In this document: piece after piece, positions 62,769-64,000 of the stretch
Layout of the letters: every line of letters starts with the position of its first letter
Position numbering within the stretch: the stretch's first letter is position 1
NCBI GenBank assembly: GCA_963755715.1
Contig: CAVWLW010000027.1
Location: 224,001 to 288,000 of the forward strand
DNA from: an uncultured delta proteobacterium
GTDB lineage: Bacteria; Desulfobacterota; Binatia; UBA9968
Length of the DNA stretch: 64,000 nt
Reading direction: 5' to 3'
Notes under the pieces: generated by a model
What the model was told of the DNA's origin: nothing
Databases searched by the model: none
The model's input: the letters and a program-made list of their open reading frames with translations, nothing else
Translations under genes and position numbers: made by a program

Positions 62769-62886
62769 CTCGAGCCTCCTCAGTCGTCTAGAGGACGCAG
62801 CGAAGATCCGAGGATGACTCTCTCATAGCGGTGGCCATCGGTCAACGCCGTTCAGGAGCTACTTGTGCCACGGTAGTACCGTCTAC

Positions 62887-64000
62887 ATGAGTTTCTTGAC
62901 CGACGACTCGGACAGTCGTCTCGTGCGCGATTGGGGTCAGCATCGACGTCCGCCCCGCCGCTGGCCGCCGAGATGGGCTTGGTTGGTGCTCGCCGTCTCG
63001 ACAGTGGCTGCGCTCGGCCTCGCGGTCTGGCTCCTGCACGGCTCCCAGGCGTGGCGGCCGCCGAGCGGCATGCCGCGCTTCGTCTCCTGCACCTACGGCG
63101 GCTATGTCGACGGACGGTGCGCCCGCCTGCGCGTTGCGTTGGACCCGCGCAAGCCGCACGGCGCGACGATTTCCCTGCGAATCGCGGTGCTGCCGGCGAC
63201 AAAGCGGCCGGCGGACGGAGCGCTGTTCTACCTCGAGGGCGGCCCGGGCGGTGCCGCGACCGCGTCGGCGATACGCGTGAACGCCTTGTTTGCCGAAGTC
63301 GGGCGAGACCGCGATCTCGTCATGGTCGACCAGCGCGGCACAGGCGGCTCGAGCCGTCTTGCCTGCCCCTACTCGTATGTGCGCGGAGCGGATGCGAAGG
63401 CCGTAACCGATTACCTGCGCCGGTGCTTAGCCCGGCTCGATACAGATCCGCGGCTCTTCACGACGAGCGTCGCCGCAAAAGACCTGGAGACCGTGCGGCG
63501 CGTGCTCGGGTACGGGAAGATCGACCTGTACGGAGGTTCGTACGGCGCGACGCTTGCGCAGGCGTACGTGCGCCGATACCCGGAGTCGGTGCGCAGTGTC
63601 GTCCTCGACAGCGGGTCGCTCCCGGACGTCCGGATCTTCGACGTCTCTGCCCGTAACACAGAACGGGCTCTCGAGGCGCAACTCGCCCGGTGCGCGGCCG
63701 CGCCGTCCTGCAAGCACGCCTACCCCCGCTCGAGGCGGCAGCTCGCCGAATTGCTCGCCCGCCCGCCGCGCCTCGCCAACGCCGCCACGCGCAGGGTGTT
63801 GCTTGGCCCGGACCAAATCGCCTGGACGGTGGAGTGGCTATCCGAGACGGCCGACAACGCCGCGCTCATCCCCTTCGCGGTGAACGCCGCAGCGAAGGGC
63901 GACTACACGACGCTCGCCACAACGTACGCCGACCAACTTGGCGGGTCGAACCTCGATCCGCTCGCCCGGCTCGTGCCCTACTGGGTGATCCTCTGCTCAG
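62887..64000 (+). CDS. Membrane-anchored alpha/beta hydrolase (TAP-like peptidase), runs off the window end
   Basis: Open frame from ATG 62887: TM segment, FYLEGGPGG, DQRGTG, GGSYG, VLDS. Confidence 0.85.
   Translation, partial: MSFLTDDSDSRLVRDWGQHRRPPRRWPPRWAWLVLAVSTVAALGLAVWLLHGSQAWRPPSGMPRFVSCTYGGYVDGRCARLRVALDPRKPHGATISLRIAVLPATKRPADGALFYLEGGPGGAATASAIRVNALFAEVGRDRDLVMVDQRGTGGSSRLACPYSYVRGADAKAVTDYLRRCLARLDTDPRLFTTSVAAKDLETVRRVLGYGKIDLYGGSYGATLAQAYVRRYPESVRSVVLDSGSLPDVRIFDVSARNTERALEAQLARCAAAPSCKHAYPRSRRQLAELLARPPRLANAATRRVLLGPDQIAWTVEWLSETADNAALIPFAVNAAAKGDYTTLATTYADQLGGSNLDPLARLVPYWVILCS

Noticed and set aside
52920-64000. High-GC segment as a genomic island acquired by horizontal transfer
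   Set aside because: No mobility genes or att sites, and both junction genes are cut mid-domain; a chimera is the simpler explanation.

Overview
Two compositionally different segments are joined at ~52920. Left (1-52920; spot-checked line ~58% GC) looks like a Candidatus Binatia / 'Deltaproteobacteria'-type genome (inference from gene content). It has at least 12 solute-binding-protein genes with no permease beside them, a catabolic cluster (VOC, Mo-hydroxylase large subunit, UbiD, PhtD-like, asparaginase-like, two large alpha/beta hydrolases), acs, ispF, tpx, a Rieske/cytochrome b6/subunit IV/octaheme cytochrome c/cupredoxin operon, and a GAF kinase-response regulator-cyclase operon. Right (52920-64000; spot-checked line ~68% GC) looks actinobacterial (inference): amidohydrolase, sugar ABC operon with a single-barrel MetE-like gene, cupredoxin, YdeI, redoxin, BI-1, epoxide hydrolase, peptidase-like hydrolase. 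Both genes at the junction have lost their 5' ends and many genes carry single-base frameshifts, so this is most likely uncorrected long-read sequence with a chimeric join. The best candidate for an undescribed system is a GxxExxY nuclease-fold gene enclosed by ~34-bp inverted repeats built from 8-bp tandem units (50938-51412), inserted cleanly in an operon, plus several gene-less palindromes of the same tandem-microrepeat design (7-, 8-, 9-mers) at other gene boundaries. No rRNA, tRNA, CRISPR array or canonical transposase was seen. Family calls come from motif recognition only; no database was searched.
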